From: Spizellomyces punctatus DAOM BR117 | Taxonomy: Eukaryota | DNA: 64,000 bases | Direction: 5' to 3' (one strand) | Assembly: GCA_000182565.2 (NCBI GenBank) | Contig: KQ257473.1 | In this document: piece after piece, positions 1 through 11,281 of the stretch | Layout of the letters: every line of letters begins with the position of its first letter | How positions within the stretch are numbered: the stretch's first letter is position 1 | Made by a program: the position numbers and the translations under genes | The notes under the pieces: model-generated | The model's database searches: none | What the model saw: only the letters and a program-made list of their open reading frames with translations | What the model was told of the DNA's origin: nothing

Positions 1-2993
1 GCATTGTTAAGCATCCGGAGAGCAGTACCACTATAAAAAAAATCTAGTACCGTTCAATGTCCCATCAAAAGCCTCCACCGGAAAACTCCAATTAACTGGC
101 CAGCCGACATGCAGAATATCCGTCACGTCTTCCAAGAGTTTGTATGTCTCGTCTCCAACTCCCAAGCGGTCCTCTTCCAGGTTGGCTGCCACTCCATGTA
201 CTCTTCCCTCGGCTTCTGCTTGTTCAAGAATTGAGGCGTCCCCTAATCGTGATGCAAATGACTTGCTCTCCCGCTGTAAATCGTTGGAGCCACGGTGGAG
301 ACAGTAGATTTTGTCGACATTGGGAAGAGCGAGGAGCGAGGCGAGGAGTTCGGTGCCGAGGGCGCCGGTAGAGCCAGTTAGGAGAATGCGTCGGCGGTCT
401 GGCTGGGAAGTGTCTGCAGGCAATGGCGTAAGTGTAGAGATGCGGGAAATGTATTTTTTGAGGAGATCTTGAGCTTTTGTTAACTGTTTGGTAGAAGCTA
501 CATTGTCATCTCCAGTGGTACCACTGAGTGCACTGGCCAAACCGGAAACAGTCGAATGATCAAATATAATGTCCCGTTTGATGTCCTTTCCCAGTATCTT
601 GGCGAGACGATTGCTGAGCGTTGTGGCACCCAGCGAGTCCAATCCAATTTCAAAGAAGGACACATCATCCATGCTTGTGTCCATCGTCTTTTTCAAGATG
701 GCTGCAACTTCGTCCCTGATCGCTCGCCGTAGATCCGTTAGGGACGTCGGCTCGTTGCGCACACTGCTCAAGTAGGAAGCCAAGTCATGGATCGAGGAGT
801 AGCTAAAGACGATGTCGCGGGGTAGATCATTGTTCACAACTCGCGCCAGTTCGTTACGGAGTTGCGTGGCTCCCAGGGAATCGAGGCCCAATGCAAAGAG
901 AGAGGTACGTTGATCCTGCGGATCCGTTAATGTCGTTGCGTCCCGGCCCATGATCTTGGCCGCAGCTTGCACGATGAAATCTGTTAAATCTCCTTGAGCA
1001 CCCAATGCCTGTTTGGGTCCCTGCTCCGACAATCCCTTCTCGTATCGTTCATAAAGTTTTTGTTCTCGTTCTTTCAGCATGACAGCCGCCCGGCGACGTA
1101 TGACGTTCCCTTTTGATTCTGTTCTCGGGAAATCAGCATGTCCAAATGGTAACACTTCAACTAGTTCCTTGATTAGTCGTGAATGCTGCGGAGCCAATTC
1201 ATTGGCGTCTTCGACAGCTCGATAAACTTGGTCCATCACCTCTAAGGGGGAATACTTTAGTATTTCCTGTCTATCGAGAAGAATGAACGCGCAGGTTTGG
1301 AATCGGTCTTGTCCAAGGATGACGGCTTCGTGGATGAGAGGGTGAGTGCGGAGACTGAGCTCCATCGGGACCGGATTAGTCTTTTCACCGGTGATGTGAA
1401 CTAAGATGCATGTTGAGAAAGATATCTAAGCAGAAGCGGTGCAGCCGAAGTTACCGAGAATGTCGTCTCCGCGTCCCCGATACATCCAGAAGCCAGGCCG
1501 GACTTGTTTGAACAAATCATTAGTATCGTACCTGGAATAGCATACTAGCGTCAAAGCTTTGGATTTTGACAAATTCATTAGATACTCTTGACTAACCATT
1601 CCTCATCGGTGACGCCCTTTGCAAATCCTACCACGCTGGTCCTGACGAACATCCTATATATACCACGTTCTTTATTGACAACTTGCCACTTGATATGCTG
1701 CTCATCAATAATGGGACGCAGGACATTCCATTCCTTTGAGCCGGGTTCAGGCCCCAGTAGCACGCCTGTGAAAGTCAGCGATGGCATGACCTGTTACTAT
1801 TTCTACTTAGAACATACCAGCTTCGGTTGACCCATAGATACTCCTCAGTCCAATACCCCGTTCGACAACGCGGTCTCCGATCTCCTGCGGACAGGGTGCA
1901 CCTCCAACAAGGATGGAATCCAACGACGAGAGGATGCTCCATCGCTCCGGTGCTGTGGTGTCTAGATAACCTACGAAATCTTCGAGTAGTGACGGAGGCA
2001 AAACGATTTTCGTGGGGTTGGTTTTTTGCACTGCGTCGAGCAGCGCTGCGGGACTAAATGGGAAGGATGCGAGGATGATGGCCCCGGAGGCGCGTAGAGT
2101 GGAAAGCCCGACCCAGATGCCCAATGCACTAAAGATAATGCTATTCACTACGTGTCAAATATGCAAGTGCAACAGAAACATACTGGAACAAGGGAGCGGG
2201 GAGGAACGTTCGTTGTCGACGCGACGTATCGTCAAAACCTCGATCATTGGGATTCGCCATCATTGAGCGGTTAGTCCAGTACCGCAACTTTGGGAAGGCT
2301 GTCGATCCGGAACTGTGCATGGCAAGAGTCACACGGTCGGCAAGGTTATCCGTGGCTCCAACACTCTGTTTGATACCAAATCCAACACTGCCATCCTCTT
2401 TCATCCACTCGTTCTTTTCATCACGCAATAATTCTTCAAACTGGATAGCCTCTACCATTTTTAGCTCTGGTAGGTCCTTACGCAGCTGCTGAACAATATG
2501 AGATTGACCAGGCTCGTAGACCAAAGCGACCGCCTTGGAGCGCTGGATGAGATCCACCATGCCGGCTGTGGCATTCCGCGGCGAGAGAAGAAGCGGAACA
2601 TAATCGTTGGTCATCAAAGATAAGAGGTTGATAAAATAGGAGACATGGGAACTGGACAGGTACGCTACAACTGTAAGGCGTACAGTGTTCCAGATGAGCG
2701 GCTGCATATGAGAAACACACATAATGCATATATCCCTTACCTCGATCCGTTTCACGGGCCGGTCCGACAGCTCCCTGATACTTTTCCGCTCCATACCGTA
2801 CGGCATTGATGATTTGGTGTCCATCCAGTGAGCAGTGTCCGGTTCGGGTAGCATCCGGGTACAAGATGTACGGATCATCAGGATTTCTAATGATGGACAA
2901 CGGAAAAGTTGACATCCTGGGAATCAAGCCGAAAAGAAATGAATATTCACCTCTGAAAGATTTGTTCCAAGCTTCGTATAACTGAGCCGCCAT
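1..2993 (-). CDS. NRPS-like / carboxylic-acid-reductase-like protein, A-T-T-R architecture (multi-exon, 3' end beyond window start)
   Basis: Adenylation motifs MHSSGSTAFPK, VGGAP, YGSTEAG, DTNDLF, GRGDD, GEKTNPVPME across exons; two carrier motifs LGLDSLGAT and IGLDSLGAT; reductase Rossmann ILLTGSTGALG. ATG at 2993 (MAAQLYEAW) is inferred. Confidence 0.9.
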
Positions 2994-4120
2994 TAGATGT
3001 CTGGTCTCCTCCCAGCATGTTGTTTTACGTATGGAGGCAAACGGAGAGAATTCAAAACGAACAGACAAACAGAGACAAGCAGCTGCAATTTGAGTATCCT
3101 CAAACTAATGTGGACGATGACTTTGTAGCTCTGCGTTATATAAAACCCCGGCCAGTGGTGAGCTGCGAAAAACATCCATGTCATCAAATTCAGAACGTTC
3201 CATTTTCCGCCAACAAGCCCTCGTCACCCCGCAGATGCAGCCCCGTCGTTCTCGCGTATTGCCACTATTGACCATTACGACATGTCACCATCCATTTGAA
3301 CCCAGTACTCGTGTCCAGGAACAAGAACATGACAGCGGGTGGAATGGATATACTGATTCATACCACAGGTGTTGGGGTTTCAACTGACCTATTTGTCATG
3401 AATTCCCAGGCTATGACACAATGGGGGAAGACATGAGTTTCTCTTACCTCCATTCAGCGAAATGGTTTGCCAGTTTCACCAACACCGAATGGGATCATAT
3501 CCTCTAGGATTTTTGCTAGCGATGGTGTTCCAGAGAGCATTGTACAAGGTGACTGTTTTGACTTAAGTGCCTTGAAAGGGTGTACATCGGTATATCCCTT
3601 CCTCTTCTCTGTCGGATACGTCGTCCTGAACCGGAAACGTGAGGAAATGTCCAGGTAGCAAGTGTTAAAAATCAAAATCAAGGTCCATCTCGTGGTCATC
3701 CTGTAAAGTGTCGAAGGCTTGCATTCGACCGCAACACCCAGTCGCCGGCCTCCGTGGCGTTGACCTTGTCAAATCGCTCTATGCCGCGTTTCTTTACCTT
3801 TCTTTAAACACAAGCATACTGCCACTTACATGCAAAACTGCAATGCGCCTGCCACTGTGCATTTGTGCCTCCTTTTGTACCTTTTGAGACCACATACGCC
3901 TTGTGTATAGACGGTAGAAAGTTAGGAAAACGTCGTAGACAATGATCACGATCAATACTGAGGCTAAAAGTATAGCTATATGGTATTATCATCTCCTACA
4001 GAGTATTGCCACTTTTACCAATGGCTTTATGTATACATGTAAAGAAATTCATAACATATGCAGGCGCACTTGATAACCACGAAAGGGATGCAAGCAGCGC
4101 AACCTGATTACGGGGGGGAT

Positions 4121-4372
4121 CGGCATTTAGCGGGGATGATCCTAGGGGGATGATCTGCTCAGTTTTTTTTCTTTTGGGGTTTTTGGCTATGGTCCAAGGT
4201 ACTACTGCTCATCAGGTCGTGTTTGCTATGTCAAGGTACATGGTTTTCATGCAGATCATGGCATTTTTGACGTTATGTTGGAACAGCTCTGGCACATGAA
4301 ATATTTTGATAACGACATGGCATTTGCCAAGAATTCGGCATTTGCCGTGATCAGCTCAGTTTTTTTTTTTTC
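4121..4372. repeat. Two degenerate direct repeats CGGCATTT..TGATCWGCTCAG followed by T runs
   Basis: Copies at about 4121-4170 and 4336-4372 in a non-coding region; possible transposon relic. Confidence 0.4.
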
Positions 4373-5202
4373 GGTATAAGGATATCAGGTTGCTACACAG
4401 GGTGTCCTTACAGTGCAAACTTACTCGTTCCACCACGTTGTTTTGTCTGTTGGGTGGGTACACATGCACTACAAGTATGCGTCCTGCCAGTACGTGGCAG
4501 TCTAACGGGATTCCTACCTTCCGACCCAATTGACCGTAACCGTTCTTGTTGTTTGACACAATGATATGGAATAGTGATCTTGACATGTTTTGCATTAACA
4601 ATCTGGTTGTTACTGGTGGTTAATCACGATAACATTATTTCGCATGTCTATCTTGGCATGAAGGACCAGACGCACCATGTTTTCAAGGGCATGACATAGA
4701 TTTCTTGTACATCGATCACTCCCTCTTATCAAACCGCCACTGTTTTTTTAAGCGTAATGGATGCTCATGGGGCACGGGCAATGCACATCGGAGCATCTCT
4801 GCACATCTTGTTCCTGCTGTGTAGTGCAGTGCAGGTCACCTTGTTTTTGCGTAAATCCTTTGGTCGCCCTGGGGTACAAGATCAAGAGGAACTTGTCGTC
4901 GATGAAGAGTCCATATACACTGAAAAGAAAGCATAATATGCAAGGACCATAAGCATGGCTCACAAAGACTAGAATCCACACACACATACACTAGCACTGT
5001 GAATGTGATTTGCGGTGCGCTCATGAAAACGACCTATGACCACAGAAACAATATTTCACACTATTCACAAAAATAACAAACATAGTATTGTACATACAAA
5101 ATATCCATGTTATCAAAACATAAAGCAACACAATGTACAAAAAAAGATAATAAAAACCGTATATCCCACCACCATCGGGTCAAACCCATAACATTTTCAC
5201 AC

Positions 5203-6447
5203 TCACGCTGGCCGCTTGGATGGACACCCGCCAGCTTTAATATGCCTCCTCAAATTACTCAAAACACTAAACCGCCGTCCACACCCATTAGAACACACAA
5301 AAGGCTTTTCTCCTGTATGTGAATTCACATGGGTTTTCAGGCTGCTTGGACGTGAGAAGCGTTTGTTGCAGGTTGGACAAGTGTACCGGCGGAGGGGACG
5401 AGGTGGAGGTGTTGGGATTGGGGGAGTTGGAAGAGGGTTTTCTTGATCTGGCTGTCGTTGTTGTTGTGGTTGTGGAGTGAGATTGGAGTGCGGGCTATCA
5501 CTGGTGGGTGACTTTGGATCGTAAGGTGGTGGTGGGTCGGTTGTGTCCGTACAAGATGGAAGAATGCAGCGCACGCATGAGCATTTTGTCATTGTTCTTG
5601 TCGATGGTGAAGAGGATGAAGAGGAGGAAGGTGTAAGGGTATAGTACGGGTATCCTGATACGTGGCAGTAAAAGGGATACGGATGTCTTTGCCCGTTGAT
5701 CCCGTTTGCGGGGACGTTGTGGTGAGGTACACTTGAGTGGACGTGTTCGTTATGGGAAGGAGCAGGAGGAGGAGGCGGACCTTGGCCTGGTCCATGAGAA
5801 GATGGACCGTGAGATGGACCACGAGGTGACGCCTGTGGTGTCTGTCCGTGTCCATGAGAAAGGGGCGGTAGAGGAGGACCGTGGGCATGAGCAAGTCCGA
5901 TGGGAGTCATCGATGGTCCGTGAGGCGGTGCGTGAGGCAGACTGTGAGACATGTGAGGCGGACCATAAGATGGACCGATGGGGGGAGTAGGTAAAACGGC
6001 TTGTCGACATGCTTGCGCATCCCTATAACCCGCTCGACATTCGCCCATACACCTTTCTCGAACGCTGTTTGCACACGTCTCTCGACATGTTGAACAGGGA
6101 CACGACATGTACCTCGCATTCCGATCGCTCGGGAGAGCATGAGCCGTGGAGTAGGGCAAATACCGCACTCTTGCTATTGTTGTTGGTGTGGTCGGTGCCA
6201 TTGTTCCAGAATGCCACCCGTGATAGGCATCATTGTTGTAGGGCGGTCTCCATGCCCATGGCTGTTGTCCGTGATGTATGGGACGACATTTGCAGAGAGG
6301 ATCATGCTGATGATACCGTTCTTGTTGTTGTTGTTGAATCAAAGGCGAAAGAGACGGAGGCCATCGACTTGCCAGAGGAGGAGGAGGAGGAGGACGAGGA
6401 GGAGACAGAATGGGACTCTGTTTATACAAGGCCTCACTCAATGCCAC
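5203..6447 (-). CDS. C2H2 zinc-finger transcription factor (two C-terminal fingers, Pro/His/Gln-rich N-terminus)
   Basis: [48 protein letters not shown] with TGEKP linker. Confidence 0.9.
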   Translation of the reverse strand: MALSEALYKQSPILSPPRPPPPPPLASRWPPSLSPLIQQQQQERYHQHDPLCKCRPIHHGQQPWAWRPPYNNDAYHGWHSGTMAPTTPTTIARVRYLPYSTAHALPSDRNARYMSCPCSTCRETCANSVRERCMGECRAGYRDAQACRQAVLPTPPIGPSYGPPHMSHSLPHAPPHGPSMTPIGLAHAHGPPLPPLSHGHGQTPQASPRGPSHGPSSHGPGQGPPPPPAPSHNEHVHSSVPHHNVPANGINGQRHPYPFYCHVSGYPYYTLTPSSSSSSSPSTRTMTKCSCVRCILPSCTDTTDPPPPYDPKSPTSDSPHSNLTPQPQQQRQPDQENPLPTPPIPTPPPRPLRRYTCPTCNKRFSRPSSLKTHVNSHTGEKPFVCSNGCGRRFSVLSNLRRHIKAGGCPSKRPA

Positions 6448-8634
6448 GTCCTATCGAAATGTCGGGCGGATATTCAGATCAGCGCCCTCATAGGTGACAG
6501 CCAGATACTAAAACTTACGGAAAGGACACGCAGGGCAGAGACGCTGTTGAGATTCGAGTCGCCCAACGAAGGCTCCATGGGTGTTGGGAGGGGAAGACGA
6601 GGCGACATGATAAAAATAATAGCCCTATCCAAAAAAAACAAGGAGTTGTTCAAATGAAAACGAATCCAAAAACAAAAAGGAACGCTAGTTGGACCAACCT
6701 CTCATTTATCAAAAACACACACACACAAAACACACCCAAACCACTTGACAATGCAAAAGGGCTTTATGCAGAGCAAGAATACACAGCCAAAAGCCTAAAA
6801 AAAACGATATCGCCAGAGCCAAAAATGCAAGTCCAAAAGCAAAAGCCCTAAAGCACAAGAAGGAATGACCGAATCCGCAGATTCGGATGAAAACCAAAAA
6901 GTGTGAAATGAGGTCATATATCACGTGGAATTAACTATTATCTCATTTATCCATATTAGGAAATTCTCAATTTTGCAAAGCGATCGACGGATTTTGAACG
7001 ATTATTATTTATGGAGGAATGTCAACGGTTGATAATGCACACATATGCTCGGACTTTTTTCTCCATTTATTTTATGCGAAAGGTATATGTAATTTGTAGC
7101 GGTTTTCCCGACAATCGCTTCCTGCGATGACACCGGAAGGTACATGACAAGATCCCTTTGTTTGGGTCGATTCAATTCCGACATCAAAAGGGGGGATAGA
7201 CCGATTGAAAAATTCCGTATTTAGACCACATCGGAGGTTCGGGACTACTTTTATTTGCATGGCCGTTTTGGACAACTAAAAGTTACGGCCTGTGGTGCCC
7301 CCCATGGGATAATAGCCGCTTGCACCTGCCTGGTAAGTTTAACAACATTCAAAAGCGACCTTCGTCGATCAGTGTGCTCAAGGCGCGGAACTTGGGTTTA
7401 AGCTCCTGCCAGGTGTCGGGAAGGGTGCTTGCTCTGATGGCCATTTCCAGTTTTATTGATAATCGATATTTAGCAGATGGGCATACTCGCATCTTTTCTT
7501 TATCAGTACCCTCGGCAATCAGCTGCGAGTGATATTTCTTTTACAGACAAGACCTTACGACAAGTTACAATCTGCTGTATGCACATCGTGTGTGAGGGAT
7601 TTCGTTTTTACACAAGACAGTGAATAGTTGTCGGTGTGTTTACGACGATTTCAAATGTGCAAATTATGTTGTACTTGCAACTCTGAACGTCTCCTAACCC
7701 CAACGATACTCCAACGATACTAGTAGTATTGGAACCCATTGAATGCACTCACGCCGAATGCCCAACGTATCGCGGGTGGGTTCTGCATATTGTAAAATGT
7801 CGCTTAACCGAGGTCAGCAAGAGCCATTGAATAGAGCATTTTATACACGTATGTATTATTTTTATTACAGAGAAAAGCATGTCTGTACATCTCACTACGC
7901 CAAAACATCTGACAATCATTCACACTTCCGATTTCCTTTTGAATCTTCCGAACGCATAACCGAATTGGCCCATGCGTTTCTCACCTTTAGGAAATCTTCT
8001 CATTTGGATGTGGAAGCAGCTCGGGACGCAAGGACATGAGTTCAAAACGTCTATCACAACTGCCATTCGGAGAAGTAGTTTGGTGACTTTGAAAAATCCC
8101 AAGAAGAAGAAGTAGACGGTGTCGCTGGCAACATCCCTGGACGGTTGGACTCATGAGATATTTGGTTGTGTTGTGGGTTGTGCGTAGGTCGGATGGAAAG
8201 TATATGTGCAAGTGGGTGGGCAGACAAGTACCGGCGAAATATATATAACTAATGAACCCATGCATTGCAGTGCACTTGACAGAAGATCTGCAAATGCAGT
8301 ATATTATTCTATATGCTCAGCTTGTTCTCTGAATTATCTTGTACAGTATGTGCACATAAACCAGTCCCTATGTGATGACACTTGAGCGATGGGTTACGAA
8401 CTGTCCTAGGAATAGCATGCGACTATTTTCACCATAGAATCAAGTCTGTAGAACAGATGCACTACCTTGCAACTGTGATGGCCGACCGGGCTTTTTTGGT
8501 GTCACCAGAATGAGTGGATGTGGGCATATTATATATTCAATGTATGGTACGGACTGGCGTCCAAGATATATCATCTCTAACCCAAGAGAGCCACGAGCAT
8601 ATGCGCATCTTCATGCCCAACTACATATCACGAT

Positions 8635-9972
8635 CTAGATCTTGCCAAACATATTGCCATGATCCCAGATTTCTTTACATTTCCGAAGTCTATCCAAATT
8701 GGAACCCCAGAGAGCTTCTGCGCTCTTGTGATGCGACTGGTTGGTATATTCTCCCTGGGAATACCTCTTCAATCGTTCGGCACCCGCTTGGACCCATTGG
8801 ATGCATGGTTCTTTCTGACTGATTTCCGTCCACTCAATTCCGTAAATAAGCCACCAGTTGCTGTCGCGATGAGAAAAGGCGGTATCGCCAGATGGCACAT
8901 CTTGAATCGCACCATCAAATGGAAAGATGGCGACAAAACCGGTCGGTTGCGGTAGGGTGGATAGCATATCCAAGCAAGTGTCGATAATTTCGTCGTTGAT
9001 GTCCGCCAGGAACAGGTGCTTGTCGTGCATTCCGATATTTGGAGAGTGTATATCTCCCAGCATGGATTGAAGCTCGACATAGGTAGATTGGCGGACGCTG
9101 CTCATCAGTGGCGCGGAACCAGCGAGGTTCTTGAACGGCTCTATGGCTAGTGTTCCTTTGTCAACCGACGGGCCAACGTAGGATAGAATGACGGTTGCAG
9201 AAGGTCTCCGAATCTTATCGGCATCCGGAACGAACCCAAGAACAAGAGCGCCACTAACATGACGAGTTGCGCTTGTCATGGCCGCGACGTACGATTTGGT
9301 GAGAGATTTCGGTTCATTAAAACCGTAGAGGGCCATCCCAGAGAGTGTTGCTGGGACCGGATAGAGACGGAAACGAAACAGCGTGCATACCCCGAAATAT
9401 CCTCCTGCACCACGCATAGCAAAGAAAAGGTCTGGATGAACAGCTGCGGAAGTCGTAATCAGCTCTCCTTTCGAAGTGACAACGTCCATGGACACGATCC
9501 CATCTATTGAGAGTCCATATTGCCGAGACAAGTAACCCCATCCGCCGCCCAAAGTTAGGCCTCCAACACCAGTGTCAGGGTCAGTCCCAAACGGTGCATG
9601 CATGCCAAAGAGCGAGCATTCGCGATCAACTTGGCCAAGTTTCGCGCCTCCTTGCACGGCAACAGTTCTGTTCACAGCGTCAACAATGACGGCGTCCATA
9701 TGCCTTAGATCGATGGCCAAGTGATCATTTTTGTAGCATCGCATCGAGTGCCGACCGCCTGCAACTGTAACGGGTATTTGGTTTGACGAGGCCCACTTGA
9801 CACATTCAATGACATCCTTGTTATTCCGAACGTAAACGATGGCCAAGGGAAAAGCGTCAAGGTCATGATTAAAAGTGTCCTTTCTGGCCTTGTCGTATGC
9901 CCCGCCTTGTGAAGGCTCAACGATGGACGTGCCTGGCAGCAGGGATTTTAAATCCTCAAGTTTTGAAGCCAT
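8635..9972 (-). CDS. FAD-linked oxidoreductase, berberine-bridge-enzyme / vanillyl-alcohol-oxidase family, intronless
   Basis: PLAIVY, GGRHS (covalent-FAD His motif), TGVGGLTLGGGWG, DLFFAMRGAGG, C-terminal YTN..WGSNLDRLRKCKEIWD. Likely start MASKLE at 9972. Confidence 0.9.
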   Translation of the reverse strand: MASKLEDLKSLLPGTSIVEPSQGGAYDKARKDTFNHDLDAFPLAIVYVRNNKDVIECVKWASSNQIPVTVAGGRHSMRCYKNDHLAIDLRHMDAVIVDAVNRTVAVQGGAKLGQVDRECSLFGMHAPFGTDPDTGVGGLTLGGGWGYLSRQYGLSIDGIVSMDVVTSKGELITTSAAVHPDLFFAMRGAGGYFGVCTLFRFRLYPVPATLSGMALYGFNEPKSLTKSYVAAMTSATRHVSGALVLGFVPDADKIRRPSATVILSYVGPSVDKGTLAIEPFKNLAGSAPLMSSVRQSTYVELQSMLGDIHSPNIGMHDKHLFLADINDEIIDTCLDMLSTLPQPTGFVAIFPFDGAIQDVPSGDTAFSHRDSNWWLIYGIEWTEISQKEPCIQWVQAGAERLKRYSQGEYTNQSHHKSAEALWGSNLDRLRKCKEIWDHGNMFGKI

Positions 9973-11281
9973 TATTCTGCAACCAAAGTGAACGGGGGAA
10001 AGGTAGTTTTGACGAGACGGGCTTCTCTCAAATAATCGGTCAATTGACCTTGACTCATCTTCAATTCGCTGAGGAGGTTCATTGTACACACACACAGATA
10101 GCGTTGGAGCACGTTGGGAAGATCCAGGAATTTGGCCTACTACTTGGCACGCATTCCACGAGGCCCAGGCACTTTTCTAAACTCCTGACCCATTGTCTTG
10201 TTTACTCCATGTGTACTCCAACTAACGTTTGAGCCGGGGAAACGAACGCCAGCATTCAAAAGTATTGAAAAGCACAGTTTCTCAGCCAAACGAAGGGACC
10301 CTACCTCCGAACGATATCTTTATGCCCGAGAAGGCTGAATACTTGTCGGCGCCATTGAGTTACTTTCCACGTGGATATACTCGTTAAGTTCCAAAGTCAG
10401 CGTCGCAAAGCGTGTGTCATCCCAAAAGGCACCTTCAGTTTGTATCAAGTCATATGGATTTTGGCTTTGAGGCGAGAAATGTGACTCGGAAAGACCGTCC
10501 CTCATGATGCATTCCATTTCCACTGAAGGTAAAAGTGTAAAGCGGAAGATTTGTGTAGCTTATCGGACATTCCAATCCTCGTTGGGATATATGTGCACCA
10601 TATCAGTTTTCATGTACTCTTGCACAGCGTGTCAAGCTTGAGAGGCCTTCCGACGATAAATCAAAAGTTTATGTCTTGCTGACCATCATGCATATAATGC
10701 AATGCAATGTACCATGTCGTGCGTCCTAAACAGCCCGAGCCATTGTCGTGCTTTTTGTTGTCATAATGTAAACCCAACATTGGTAACAGCGCAGGGGATG
10801 ATAACCCAAGGTTTGTCGTTTGCCCTGACCCTAACGGCTGACCAAACCAATGTTTGTATTCGCATCACCAAGTGGGATAACCAGCACGACACACGATATC
10901 TTGAATATTCAACAAATTCCATGCAAGTAAACGCGCTTGGGCACTGGAGGAGCCCATTGATCGCTCCAGTTAACAATATGGGGGGGAACGATCCGTATTA
11001 TTTTAAAAAGGTTGTTCATCTCCACCATATCGTTAAAAGAAATAAAAAAAGAAAACGACAAATCGAAGAAAACGTTTTTGGATTTTCGCTCCAAGCGCCG
11101 AGTTCGACAAAAAAATCTCCTTTTGGGATTCTAAACCCTCACCACGTTTTTTTACGCTACCGGGCTCAACTTTCATCCACTCTTTTGGGGCTGCGCAAAC
11201 GGTTGTGTCGTAGCTGCTGTTGGGCGGTTTTCGCCGACGAGGAGGACAGTTTGACGTGTCTTTCACGACACCAAACCCTTC

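Noticed and set aside
4761..4952. Cys-rich metallothionein-like ORF
   Set aside because: Non-canonical start in the track, lies downstream of the zinc-finger gene on the opposite strand, no supporting motif spacing.
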